From assembly GCF_009914755.1 (NCBI RefSeq), contig NC_060939.1: a stretch of DNA of 64,000 nucleotides; one strand, 5' to 3'. Positions 15,200-28,500 of this stretch are shown piece after piece. The notes beneath the pieces were generated by a model that was given only the letters and a program-made list of their open reading frames with translations, was not told the origin of the DNA and did no database searches. How positions within the stretch are numbered: position 1 is the first letter of the stretch; the number at the start of each line of letters is the position of its first letter. The DNA is from the human T2T-CHM13v2.0 reference genome, Homo sapiens. The position numbers were made by a program, and so were the translations under genes.

Positions 15200-17110
15200 A
15201 GGTAAAAAATTTCCAGACAACATGGCATGGTAAAATCACAATTTGTAATATTCCCTCTGCCCAAACACATCAATGATAGGTAAAATATACAAATAGAAGA
15301 CCAAAAAACAGCCAAGCTTAAAAAAAAAAAAAAAGAAATAACTTTTCAAAGTGAAAATTAAAATAAATGCAAAGTAGTGAAAGAGTCTTAACTCACAATT
15401 TTGTTGTCCTCCAAGTTAAGAAGCAGGTTGACAGTGAACACAAGTAACATTCTGCTACCTGGTAAACAAGACTGCTTAAACCAATGCTTTCTAGATTACA
15501 AAATAACGCTGAAAACAAGTTGCTAAATATTGCCAAAGGCTATGGCTTTTAACAAGTTGTAGGCTGGGAGTCAAATATGGACATATTCTTGCAACAAAGA
15601 AGTGGTCAAAGTAACCTAGCAGTGCACTGACTGGATCAATATTACCCCCAGCACTGTCAAGGGACAGCGGCCCGGGAAGGTCATTGTATGCTCTTGGTTT
15701 GGGATTCGGGACCTTAAGGCTGGATAAACACTATGCTAAAACATCTAAATCATACATAAAACGAGATAACAAAGAAACAAGTGAAATTCCTATTACAAGC
15801 CAGCCAAAACATGGAAGCAGCTAATGCTGTAACAAATACTGTCCTTATCTCCTTGCACTCAGCACTTCAGTGCATGACATTGGTTTGACTTCTAACTACT
15901 GGCTTTCTTTGTCTTTGTTTTCCTATGGCCACTGAAGCCTGCTTTGTCCACTGGTCTGGCATGCTAAAAGTGATGGAGAATTAATGCCCTTTGGAAGCAG
16001 CCTCAAACTGACTAAAGGAAATTGGTACATAAAGATTCCCTTGACCCTTGGGTGGGATGAGTCTGAGAGATCTGCTCTACACAGGCTCCCAGAGTTTTCC
16101 TTGTGAGTTTCACCTCTAGTTTTACACAAGAGTAACTGGCCTGGTGATCCACCTTTTATTGGCCGCTTTCCTTCCTTGTCTCCCCTCTCCATTCTCCTAC
16201 TGGTGCTTTTGTTGCCTTCCAAATAAACTACCTGAACTCAGATTCTTTACCCAGGATCTGCTTAATAAAGAGCCCAATGTAATACTGAGAAAGACAGACA
16301 AGAAAATCCGCAGATGGAACACAAATTTTCTCAGGGAGAAATTAACGGGATGAAACAGTCTGACAAATCTTTAATATAAATGTATTTAGTGCCCAAATAA
16401 AAATGAAGAATAAGTTCTATTAAAGAAAAGCAAGGACTAATGGAACAAAAATAGGCAGAAATGAAGCAAGACCAGGAAGATATGAAACAAATCCAATTAG
16501 AAATCTTGGAAAGGACATACACAGTCTTTGAAATTCAAACACTCAAGAAAATGTAGTTTACTTGGTAGTGGACAAAGTTGAAGAATAAGTCAGTGACATA
16601 AAAGAGGGATTGACCTGGAATATAGCATGCAAGATTTAAAAAAAAAAAAAGTGAGAGAAGGGGATATAATGAAGCAATGGAAAATAGACTGTGGGCTCTG
16701 CAGAACTACCTTTTATCATGTGATAGTTCCTAAAGAACAGAATAGAGGAAATGGTGCAGAATAAATATTTGAAGAAATCTGAACTTTCCAAGTATCCTAA
16801 GATCAAAAGTGGACTCAAAGCATCAAGGACAGCGAATAAGAAAATAGGAATAAAAACAAAAATAAATTTAGATACAGCTAAGTTAAACTATGAGACTATG
16901 TAAAAGAAATTATTTTAGAGGCTAATAGAAAGGATGAGTAACCCATACAAAAAAAGGTATTTGGTCTGATAGCAAACTTCTCATCAGAAATAATAGATGC
17001 CAGATGATAATGGAGAGATATCAAAATGCTGAGAGTGCTAAGTATCATTAAAGACAGTAAAAGATAAAAGTCCTGCAAAGTCCATGAGTGCAAAACACTA
17101 ACCAGAAATG
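15200..17110 (+). mobile_element. Old L1M 5'/ORF1 fragment, interrupted by an ERVL LTR
   Basis: ORF1-like remnants CCAATTAGAAATCTTGGAAAG, AATATTTGAAGAAAT, GCAAACTTCTCATCAGAAATAATAGATGCCAGA. Confidence 0.6.
15840..16285 (+). mobile_element. LTR16-like (ERVL) solo LTR
   Basis: GAATTAATGCCC...GGGTGGGATGAGTCTGAG...CACAGGCTCCCAGAG...CCAAATAAACTACCTGAACTC resembles the LTR16A family. Confidence 0.75.
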
Positions 17111-18120
17111 GTATAGGCATAGTTTACAGGAAAATATTTATAAGCCAAGAGTCGTAAGTAAATATTTTCTCCCCAAAGCCCATTATTCCATAAATTGTCT
17201 GACCTAAGAAGCACCATGAAGCAAGGTCCTGTCTCTTAACTTTTGCACATTTCTTAGGAAGTTGGAGATAGGAAGTATGGCAAGAAATATCCAGTCAACT
17301 CTGTAAAAATAGGCACTTCCTTCTTGGGAAAAGCCTTGTAAGAGAGGGTCATTTGCATTTTATTCAGACCCTGTCTTCTTGCTCTGTTGTGTCAGCTCTG
17401 CTAAGTTAACTCATTGCAAAGCAGCACAAGGGGAAATGGAAAGAGCCGCTAAAGCCATACATGTAATCCATTATTTGTGTCCCCTAAAAAAATGAAAAGA
17501 TCTTTGAAAAATATAGAGACTAAGAAAGTTGCCATGACTAATATCCCCACTGCAGCATGTCAAGCCAAACACCCTGATTTACTCTCCTCCTGATATTCAC
17601 TCATCTAAACATACTGATAATTGTATTAGTCTTTTAAATGCACTGAAGCTGGTGAGAATCCTTAGAGGCCACAAGTAAGTACAATATGTACTCACAGAGG
17701 TAGGCAAAGCCCAGGAGCCCACCTTTACTCTGAGGGATTATTAACCCTGGGATATCATGAGCTTCAGTTTCCAATGTCCTTTTGGTTCCTGAAAAATAGG
17801 AAACAAAACTTGTCTCAGATGAAAAGTATTATAGGAGACATCCCACACATATAGATCTGAGACCATGAAGGGCTACATTTTCAATGTAAAAGATAATAGG
17901 AAATAAACTACTTTAACCCATCACCACGTGGAGACAAATCATTAAAAAGTTGGGAATGGATGCTAAGTGCTAACCTTTTAGCTACTCGGAAACCATGCTC
18001 AAACTTTTACCTTTATTTAACTTCCAAATGATAGTGAAAAACAACATGCTATCTATGTTATGAAACTAGATCTTGTATCATAGAAATCCCTTTAACCCTA
18101 TTCTAAAAAAGCAGAGGTTC

Positions 18121-18425
<305 letters not shown>

Positions 18426-18639
18426 TTATTCCATCGTTTTATCCTTTATCTTACAGACAAATTTATAATTTAGTTTCTAAAAGCACTTCTATAAAACATA
18501 AGGGAATGAAAGGTTGAGAATTTTAAAAAATTGACTAGCTTGCTCACAACACACATGCTCACAAATATATCTAGCAAAGCAAGGAAAAATGCATTCGGAC
18601 TTGCAATTATTTTGAGACTAAAATTTTTGATACCTTCTT

Positions 18640-18920
18640 CCATTGCTCATTTCCTGTTTCATTTTTCCTCTTTAAGGATTGTAGTTGAACATGATTCTTT
18701 ACCTACTGAGGTAACACAAACTTTTATTTCTCTTGGGTCAGAGCCCTTGGTAGTCTTGCCCGTATTAGGCCATTGCCGTTTTGATAACTTTTGTCACTTG
18801 ATGGGATAGTATTGTGAGTGGCCACAGGGTATCCCCTGGGTTGCAAAAACACTCATTATGCCCCTGTTGTTACAACCAACCTATTTTCCCTTGATAATCA
18901 GTATTAATCACATCAGCCAT
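18640..18920 (-). mobile_element. ERV-L internal remnant (dUTPase C-terminal region, pseudogenic)
   Basis: Minus-strand translation from 18920 reads MADVINTDYQGKIGWL*QQGHNECFCNPGDTLWPLTILSHQVTKVI, then GKTTKGSDPREIKVCVT. This parallels the HERV-L dUTPase GVIDPDYQGEIGLLLHNGG...WNTGDPLGRLLVLPCPVIKV...GRTTNGPDPSGMKVWVT (recalled). Confidence 0.75.
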
Positions 18921-18924
18921 TAAA

Positions 18925-20087
18925 GTGAGAAAAAAATAAATGGCTAAAAATACGTGGTAAATACGTGGGTAAATCCAAATGAACATTGATTTTTTTAAAA
19001 ATAATAATTTCCTTAGTTAAAAAAATATATAGAGAGAATTGTAGTGCTGATAATAAACTGGGAAATGATAAATATAGATAAAGTGTTTTAAGGTTCCTGC
19101 ATTATCTGGGAAATGGGTAAATTTTAACTTATGCATTCTAAAATTGTAGAAAATTGATTGCATAAATCAGTTTCCTAAAATTGGGGGTCAAAAAAGTGGA
19201 ATAATAAAAAAAAGAATCCAAAAGAAAAGTGGAATAGTAAAAAATAATCAATCCAAAAGAAGACACGAAGAAAAAAAAGAAAAAAAGAGAAATGCAATAG
19301 AAAACCCAAATGAATGAAAACTATTATAATTACTATAAAATGTGATAACATTTAATTTATTTAAATTCATTGATTTTCAAACTGGACTAAAATAATAAAA
19401 AGCTATATATTATTTACCAAAAGTAAATCTAAAATATAAGGATATAAATGTTTAATATGAAAGCATCAAAAAATACGGAAGGCATGTAATAATCCAGAGA
19501 AAGCTTTTGTAACTATGCTAGTCAGACAAAACACAGCTTTTAAGGCAAAAGCAGTATAAATGATAAAAGTTGAATTTAGCAGAAATATATAACAATTTAA
19601 ACTTTATGAATGGGGTAACAAAAAGAAAAATATGTAATGCAAAATTTGTCAGAACTATAGAGAGAATCTGATAAATCTACCATCAGAGTAACATATTTTT
19701 TAACACACATTTCTCAGTAATTAGTAGATAAAGTAGATCACAAAAAAATCAGATATAAATATAGAAGATTTGAACAAACCAAACCAATTTGATTTAATAC
19801 ATATATAAAGAATTTTTCGTCACTCCAGTAGTGAGTAAATATTCCTTCCAAGCATATGTAAAACATTTACAAACTGATGACAAATACAGACATAAAGAAA
19901 GGCTTAACATATTTATTTGACTATACACAAGAAAATTGAAACACATAAGAAAATGTTACTAATGAAACAAAATCCAATCAAATCCACACCAAACATTTGG
20001 AAATTAAGAAGCATATTTCTCAATACTTCACAGGTTAAAAAGATATCACAGTGGAAGTTAAAAACATCTAGAACTGAATGATACTAT
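18925..20087 (+). mobile_element. Old L1M inter-ORF/endonuclease fragment
   Basis: A-rich L1 EN remnants (ATAGAAGATTTGAACAA, TTGGAAATTAAGAAGCATATTTCTCAATA, GAACTGAATGATA). Confidence 0.7.
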
Positions 20088-21456
20088 TGTCTCAGGACCC
20101 TTAGGGTGTGGCTTTTCCAGCTGGAACCCTTTGTGGCTGGTGAGGCCTTTGCCTGAGTTTTGTTTGGGCTTGCTGGGCTCATTACATCCACCCAACCTGG
20201 CAGGATGTGCTCAGCTTGCACTATCTGCCCAGATCCCATGCCTGCCAAGCATGATCCAGGCTCAGAACAGCAAGGGGTGTGTGAGCAAGCAAGCACAAGG
20301 TCCAGCCACTGTGCACAGCCAGGCATGCCGGCTGCTGCGCTGGGTCAGGCAGCTCCAAGGGTCGGCACAAGTGCTGGCTCCATGCAAGCCTGTGGCTGGA
20401 TAAGATGCATCACAAGTAGTTTCTGCTGTGGATACTCTTGTCTAGAGGAGGGGAACACTGTGGTGCCCAGAAGCTTGGAGATGCCATTAACTGCAGAGCC
20501 CCAAAGAGGGTGTCAAAGCCCTGGCTCAGGGAGTCCCTAGGTCTGGGCTCCCTGAAGGGCCACAGCTCTTTTCTCCTTCTCTTTGCCTGTAATGGTGTAA
20601 GGGGTGAGGAGGTGTTTAGCCCTGTTTGTGTTACAACTCCTTCAGTCCTGCCGTTTGGCCAGCACCGAGTTCTTGTCTCACATCCAGGAAGAACGAGGTA
20701 CAACCGGAGCAAAAGCAAGGCAGAGAAGAGCTCTACTGAGTGACAGAATAGCTCTCAGAGACCGAAGTGGGTAGCTTCTTTCTGCAGGCAGGTCATCCTG
20801 ATGAGTGTTCAGCTCTCAGTGAAGAGGAGACCAGGAGTGAGTAGTAGCACCTTTCAGCAGCTAATAGTCCCCATATCTGTGTGTGAGTCGGCTGGCGTGG
20901 GGGGTGGCGGGGGGGGGTTATGGCTCAGCAGAGACGAAGTGCGTGCTGATTGGTCCATGGGTGGCCATGGGCCCACCCAGAAAAAGTAACGTAAGTCATC
21001 ACTGCAGGCTGCAGACTCCACCCAGAACTGACAGCCTTGGGCCCAGGCTTCAGACCATCCCTGGCTTGAAAGTGGGGCTTCACCCCGGGCCTGCCCCTTT
21101 CCACCCAGAAGCCTGTCTGCCTCCTGCTGCCATCGACATGTTGTCCATGGGACCCAGGCTGTTTGTGCCAAGGGGCAACTGCAGGCCCGCCCCGAGCCAC
21201 CCTCAGCCCCACGTTGGCCTTCCTCCCGTGCTCATCTGCGCCCAAAGTCTGGAGGGCGTTAAGAAGGCAGAGGGCTGGCGTGTCAGTGCTACTCTGAGCA
21301 CGCACATACCCAGCTGGGTTGTGACAGCACCCAGGCTTGGCCACAACTTTGCTTTGCTCTGGAGCAGGCACCGGGAGTAGGGAGAGGCCAGGCAGCGGGA
21401 GCAGGCACTTTCAAGCCTGCAGGGGCAAGAGGGCTTCCTGGGCACCCGAGAGTGCA
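20088..21456 (-). mobile_element. MER52-family (ERV1) LTR, truncated at its right end
   Basis: Starts TGTCTCAGGACCCTTAGGGTGTGGCTTTTCCAGCTGGAA, as in reverse-complemented MER52A. GC-rich for ~1.37 kb. Stops abruptly at GAGAGTGCA without the other terminus or second TSD. Confidence 0.88.
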
Positions 21457-22077
21457 TTTTCCGAAGCTCATTTTCTCCTAATGCTAAGTTGCCAAATATT
21501 AAGATAAGTATTCAGTCAAAGCCAGATAAAATTGTCACAGAATGAATTTTGGGATACAACATTAAACATAAAATTTATTTAAAATATTTGTTTAAAATAG
21601 CAATTATATTTTTAAAAATTTTGGCAAATTATATAAATTTGACATAATTTTGCAAGAACAGTAATCTTTTCAGTGTCAGCTGCTGTTTCTCCTATAGCTA
21701 TGTAATGTAAAGTTGTGATACCAAATATACTCCTTTCAACTGGTATATTTAATAACGTCACTAGCCTCTTTATGGCTGGCTGAATATAATAAAAGAAAAA
21801 GGTTTTCATAAAATATTTTCTATTAGAAAATTTGTATTTGGGACTCAAACTTGGATAAATCTAAAAAAAAAAAGACCCTTGTATTTTTAGCAACTAAAAT
21901 TAGTTTTGAGTCCCTAGCCGTTATTTTCACAGGTGATGTTTGCATTTTTAGCTTTCATAAACTAAAAGCTCTAAGAATTATCTTAAGTATTATTGCAAGT
22001 GCATTTTAAAAGTCTGATTAGCAAGAAGAAAATGTCTCTAGCACATTATTTTCTTCATCATATGCCCTATACATTTA

Positions 22078-22176
22078 ATTACCGAAGCTATGAAAACTTC
22101 TCAGCCTTCCAAGATTTGTGTCTATTTCTATAACTATCTCTAATATTTTTCCCACCAGCCTGATTGAATGCCAACA
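22078..22176 (-). mobile_element. LTR22 (HERV-K22/HML-5) 5' fragment
   Basis: Reverse complement reads TGTTGGCATTCAATCAGGCTGGTGGGAAAAATATTAGAGATAGTTATAGAAATAGACACAAATCTTGGAAGG, matching the LTR22 start. Only ~100 bp is present. Confidence 0.75.
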
Positions 22177-22544
22177 TTCACAGATAATGATTGTTAGCAT
22201 ATAAGTCTCAAAGTAATGTAGGATTTATTAGCATTTAAATTTGTCTATAGTACATTTCCTAAATACCAAATAAATTTCATTTCTGTACATAAGTTGCAAA
22301 GAATTAAAAAAAATGAAATTGACAAAACAGTACTTACAGTAGCATAACAATGTAAATTACTTAAGAATAAATATACAAAGCCTTTGTAAGCCCCCTATGG
22401 AGAAAAATATAAACTTTATTGAAAGAAGGTAAGATGAAGAGAGATATCATGTTCTGAGATCACAACACTCAATATTGTGAAGATGTCGATTCTCTCCAAA
22501 TTGATCTATGGATTCAATTTAATCCCAGTCAAAACGCCAACAGG

Positions 22545-22640
22545 GTGTGTTTGTGGGTGTGTGTATGTGTATGTGTTTGTGTGTGCGCACGCGTGTGCGT
22601 GAGAAAGAGAGAATGCCGAGAGAGAACGCAAGAGAAAGAG
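22545..22640. repeat. (TG)n followed by GA-rich simple repeat
   Basis: GTGTGTTTGTGGGTGTGTGTATGTGTATGTGTTTGTGTGTGCGCACGCGTGTGCGTGAGAAAGAGAG. Confidence 0.85.
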
Positions 22641-24719
22641 ACTTGGAGATACTTAAAAACTGATCTAAAGTTTATGAGGACGAATAAAGGAACAAAAATA
22701 GCACATTCCTCCTGAAGAAAAAGACTTGATAGAGGAAGTAGTCTTAGCAGATATCCAACCTTAAACTAATATTGTACTCTTTAAACAATGTACTACTTAT
22801 GCAGGGACATATCAATTTAACAGAGTAGAAAATCTTAAAATGAAATAGAGATGTAATCATTTCATTTATGGTCCAGTTAGTATTGCAGGAGAGTGGGGGA
22901 CGTACAGACTTTTCAGTAAATGGCATTGAGACAACTGGTTATCCATGTTGAAAAAAAGAAATTTGATCTCCATATTATCAGATAGCTGAAAATCAACACC
23001 AGGTGAATTAAACGTTAAATTTTGAAGGCAAAACTATGAAAATTTTAGAGGACAATAAGGGAGAATATATTTCTGTCCTCAGGGTAAAGAAAGATTTCTT
23101 AAGCAAGATGTAAAAACTGCTAAATAAAAGGGAAAATGACATTTTCAACCATATGAAAACAGAAACTTCTGGGTCATCAGTGTATGCCAGTAAAAAGACT
23201 TGGAGAAAATATTTGCGGCATGGTAAAAATCAAATGAATAGAATCCAGAATATTTAAAGAATTCTAATTCATTATAAATTCATTAGCATCATTATGAGAA
23301 AGACAATCAAATAAAAAATGTACAAAAGACCTGAATAGACACTTCCCTAAACAACAACAAAGAAAACAGAAAGCCAACACACTTCATAAGTAACTAGAAA
23401 AATATAAGTTAAAAGCACACTCTCTAGACTGACAAAAATTAGCTTAACAATAAAAATGTTGGCTCTAATGTGGTTAATGAAAATTTCTATATACTGCTAT
23501 TAGAAGTATAAATTTTAAAAATTGAGGAAAAAGATAAAAAACTTAATAGACAAATAAGCAAAAATATAAAGAGACAATTTTAAAAGTATGTATTTAAATA
23601 GCCTTTAAGTATATTGAAAGATAGTCAATCACACTCATAAGAGAAAGCAATTAAAATCATAGAGACACCATTTTCCATTTATCAGAGGAATAAAAATTAA
23701 AAAGTATAACAACACATTCCATTAGACAGGCTATGGGGAAAACAGACACTCTTAAAATTTTCTGGTGGGGATATTAATATCCATTATGAAGAGGAATATG
23801 GCAATAGCTATCAAAACTTACTATATCTGATCCAGCAATGCCACTTCTAGAAATTTAGCCAAAAGATATACCTCTACATATATATAAACACATATACACA
23901 GACTACTTATTGAATATTGTTTGTAGTTTGAAAATATTTATAAACAATGTGAATGCTATACATAGGATAGTAGCTGAATAAATAATTGCAGCATTTCCAT
24001 GGAATACTCTATGTAACTGTATCAAAGAATGAGTAATAGCTATATTATTTTATCTTATTATATTATGATAAGCAAATTTAAAAACCAACCAAAAAGGAAT
24101 GCAAGAAAAAAAGTGAAATAAAATAATACGCAAAAGTAACAGCAAGTTAAAAATTAATGATATGGTGTACTTCTATGGGCAGATGGAAATGAGCAGTATT
24201 GGCATGGAAAAAAATGAGAAAGTTGACAGGCCCCTCTCTGAATATGCTTAATGAAATAGTTCTAACTTGTGGAACCACATGAAAAATATCTCATTAAAAA
24301 TCATCAAAAAGAATGGGGGAAATTCCCTAAAATAAAATATAAATAGAACCAAATGAAACAAACTTGATTTCAATTGAATAGCATAACTACAGTGAACAGG
24401 AGGGAGTGGACTAACACGTTATTTTTGCAATGGCATTTGGATTAAATATGCTCAAGCTAAAGACAAAAAGAATTGTAAACAAATGTTGAATTCTGATTGT
24501 AGTTTTCTTTTCCCCCACAAAGGTAACAGTAAGCAATTTTGAAATTACTTTCTGTGTAATCTAGGATTTAGCAAAATAAGTATATATGTTGTGCATAATA
24601 AGAAACAGATTTCCCATTGTCCAAAAGAAATTTACAGATTTGGAAAGCAGGAAGACTAGAATAAGCCCTGTGGAACTGGATTGGAATTGGAGTTATCAGA
24701 ATGAACTCATGATTACACT

Positions 24720-25008
24720 TATATGTATATATATGTATGTATGTGTATGTGTTAATATACATGTATATACATATACATGTCTATTCAATATATGCGTGTA
24801 TAAACACTTGTCCATATATATCCACCAACACACATCTGTATTTCTCTATCAATCTATGTATATTCTATCCGTTTATTGATCAATTGATCTATTACACATG
24901 TAGATTGATATAGACATAGATATAGATATGTGTGGGACACATATAGAGAGGTGTATAGATGGATATATATTTGTGTATGTATGTGTGTATGTGTATACAT
25001 ACATATAT
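24720..25008. repeat. Degenerate TA/TATG low-complexity tract
   Basis: Mixed ATATGTAT/ATAGAT repeats inside the L1 3' end. Confidence 0.75.
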
Positions 25009-25539
25009 TCCTAGCTCTGTTCACTGAGACATACACAGCAGCAATCAGTACCAATAAGCATATTCCATGCCCAGATTTTGGTTTCTAAGTATCATCTTCC
25101 ATTTAAGGAAGAGGTTCTCCTTGGGAAAATGGCTGATTCCAAAGCTGAGCAATTACAAAATGAGTGTGAAATATCTTGTGTTGTAGAATAAGGAAGTGCT
25201 CAAAAATGGTGGAGACAAATCAGAAAAGCATATATGTGTCACAGTTGAGACGCATTAAGTTTTCAGCATTTTAAAAATGGTTTAGCTATAAAAATTTCAG
25301 ATTTTGAAGTATCATAAATCCAGAATATTCCCATTGTAATTCCTTCCACCTCTTAACAGTGGGGTATTGCCATGGGTCTGAGATTGGCAGAAGAACTGAT
25401 GTGATTAACCCAGTAGAAATAGTTTCATTACCCAAATTTTGAAAACCAGAATTATGATTTTAGCATTGTCGGAGATAAGCTAGGAAACCATCCTTCCAAA
25501 CTCATATACAAAATTACTGATGCCTCAGAATCTGGGGAA

Positions 25540-25561
25540 TTGGTTGGTTGGTTGGTTGGTT
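25540..25561. repeat. (TTGG)5 microsatellite
   Basis: TTGGTTGGTTGGTTGGTTGGTT. Confidence 0.9.
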
Positions 25562-28500
25562 TTCATACAGATCCCATCCTTGAAATTCCTAGCATTCTTC
25601 ACTAATGGCAACAACTCTCATTGCCCACCTTCCCCCTACACACATGCACATATACATTTCATAGGAAATGAGATTTAAGTAAGTTACTATAGCTGTCTAA
25701 ATTTACATCACTAATCCATGTCAGAGCCATAATCATCAGGAAAATCTGCAGAAAGTGAGAAAGTATTGCTTCCCTCGCTTGAAGCTATTACCCTGAGACT
25801 TACTAGGTCACCACTGCTAACAACACTTCTTCTTTTGTTTTGTCACTCATATCCCAATAGAGAAAGCTACCAAGGGTGAAGAAGGAGATGAGAATGAGCT
25901 GATAGAGAAAGGAATTTGGAGATGACTGTGTCTTGGGCACATAACTTTTATCTCACACATAAATTCATAATATGGGAAACCCTGAGAAACAGGCCACTTT
26001 CCCCTTTATAGTTGCGTGCCCTTGAGCAGTTATTTGACTTCCCTTAAGCCCACTTCCATGGTCTGAAAGGATGTTTAATAACACCCATCTCCCCCCTTCG
26101 AAGTCATAAAGTGACTAACATTTAGTAGGTGCTTAGAAAAAAAGTGAATTTTCTCTTTACTTTCCACTACCCTACTCCAGTAACTTTATGTAAATGTGAG
26201 TTTTGAAGAGTGGTGTTTTGAAGAGTGTCTAAAACTAAAGCATCAAGAACTTAGCATAAAATTTAAAATACTGAACATCTCCTCCAGATTTCAAAAGTTT
26301 CTGTTTTGTCTCCATGTCTCTTACCATTTCCCTAAACCAGAATCTTTTTGGCATTTGAAAGCCAACAAATACATGAATATGCCCAAAGTATTACTGTTAT
26401 AAATTGTAATATGTACTATGTTCCTTGAGTATGGACAAAAAAGGGGGTTATTACATTACATAAGCACCACTATTTGTATTTCCCTGAAACCTAAGAAATT
26501 CTGATTTTTCTGAGACCTCCTTAATTTATATAGGTCATTACTATGTGGCTGGGAGCACCAGAAAAAAAAAAGAAACAACCTAAAAAAAATTTACAGTCAG
26601 AGATTCAAAGTGTTTATTACAGAAACTTCTCAGGAAAGAATCATTTACAAAAAGACAGCACTACCTTAGTCCTCTTTACGATAATAAGATTATTTCCCTC
26701 AGCCAAGCTAATAAGTTAATACCATCAATATTTCCCCCTGTTCACATTAGATTAAAGTATCCTTATCTTCCAATTAACCTGCAATTATGTGCCTTAATAT
26801 CTGACATTCTCCTGGATTTTGGCTAATCCATACAATGCCAATATTTAAAGATAAGGTCCCCAGGTCAATCAGCTAGAAACCATTCCCAGAAGTTGATGCT
26901 AATCAAATTTGTTCATGCAGTTAAGTGAGTATATTGCTATGATAAGTTTTAGAACAGATGTTTGACATTGAAGAAAGCTCTTTATGGTAGAATTTAAATC
27001 CCTTTTGTTCAGTAATGACAAAGGTTATTAAAATATACTTTTTGGGGGTGACAATTAAGGCACATCAAAAACAATCAAAACAGCAGCCTCCTCATAGCCT
27101 TCTTAAGTATGACATTTCTTAGCCTCTCAATGTAGCCCCTGATGAAAGCACAGCATGAGGAATGGATAAAATTATGATCTTGCCTGAGAAATTAGCCCTA
27201 AGCACTGGTTAATAAAGGCAAATAGAATTTTACAAACCAACGTATAAACTTGACGAGGTTATTTTATTGCTTTTTGCACCAAAGTAAAGTAGATTGATAT
27301 AATTACCTCCCTTATATTCTTATTTAATTCATTTTAAAAAATCTCGGTTGATGATGGGAGATCTGAAAATTAGAACAGATTGAATGTCGCTATTCTTTTA
27401 GCTCGAAGCTGCTTGATCTTTGATTAAACAGGTTTGTTTCCTGAAAGATTTCCAAATACCTTGTACTCCCCACTCCCATGATTTTGCACACTAAAAAAAA
27501 ATTGATTTCTCCAGAATGTTTCTATTTTTAAATGAATGCTACACAATACACAGACACACACATACATGAATACACACACACGTGCACCTGCAGGTGCACA
27601 CCCACATGGACTTCTTTCCTCAATGTCCAAAAGTCATCATTCCTATTGAACTAGTCATTTGAATTGTTTAAAGTAGCCATTGAAATATTAAGCACAAAAC
27701 AGTTGGATTTAAGTGTTTATCTTACTTAATTAAAAACTGGAAAACTAAGAAACACAAAATAATTGTCTGGAAAAGCATCTTTCCACAAAGCTTGTGTTTG
27801 CTCTAAAATATTTTCAAAATGAAGCTTTTGATTAAATTATTAATTTTTTTATTTAAAGAATTTTCCCATTCCATTCTTATTTCACAATAACCAATACTGC
27901 TAAACATATAAACCACTATGATGATGCTCAAGTAGGCATAGTCCTTTGGTCTCTGTAGCCTAAACCTTTTGAATGTATTTAGAGAATTATCTCATATTTA
28001 AATATTGTGTTTGTTAAGCAGAAAGTTTTCTGATACAGTTATTTTTCATCATCATTTTTAATGTGATATAATTATGTAAATCTTGACTGCATAGTAGATC
28101 ACCATAAAATTATTAACAGGCTATAATCAAAGCTCCTTTTAACATCCACTAATACAAATCATGGTATTGTCCCTTGCAGTCTATCCCTTCAGACCACATG
28201 TGAACTAAAGTTTCCCTGTGTGATTCATCTCCTTTCAACTAGGTCTGAAATGCTATAATAAAGGACTATTTCAGTAGCAATTTTCATTGTGACTCCCCAT
28301 GGTGAAAATCAAATCCAACTTTCCACTAAACAAGTTCACTAAACAAGAACTCTTTACCCCTTTACTCTCTCCTTTACAGATCCTGAACCAAAACTACTTA
28401 AGTTGTCAGAATGTATCTTAAAGTGCTGTTCCAATAGGACATCTGTGAAAAGTTAAAATAGGCTGTATCAATTAAAAACTCATGACCACAGGTCACAATA

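Larger units (their letters stand above)
22177..25230 (+). mobile_element. Several old L1M ORF2/3'UTR fragments (L1ME/MC-type)
   Basis: TTCACAGATAATGATTG (RT FADDM region), CTCAATATTGTGAAGATGTCGATTCTCTCCAAATTGATCTAT, GATCCAGCAATGCCACTTCTAG, and an L1MC-like 3' end at ~24250-25230. Confidence 0.75.

Noticed and set aside
17110-18110. Unassigned 1-kb tract that might be ERV internal or pseudogene sequence
   Set aside because: I could not read a recognisable protein or repeat motif from it; a profile search is needed.
20084-21471. Cluster of 100-165 aa ORFs on both strands
   Set aside because: Inside the GC-rich MER52 LTR; a compositional artefact.
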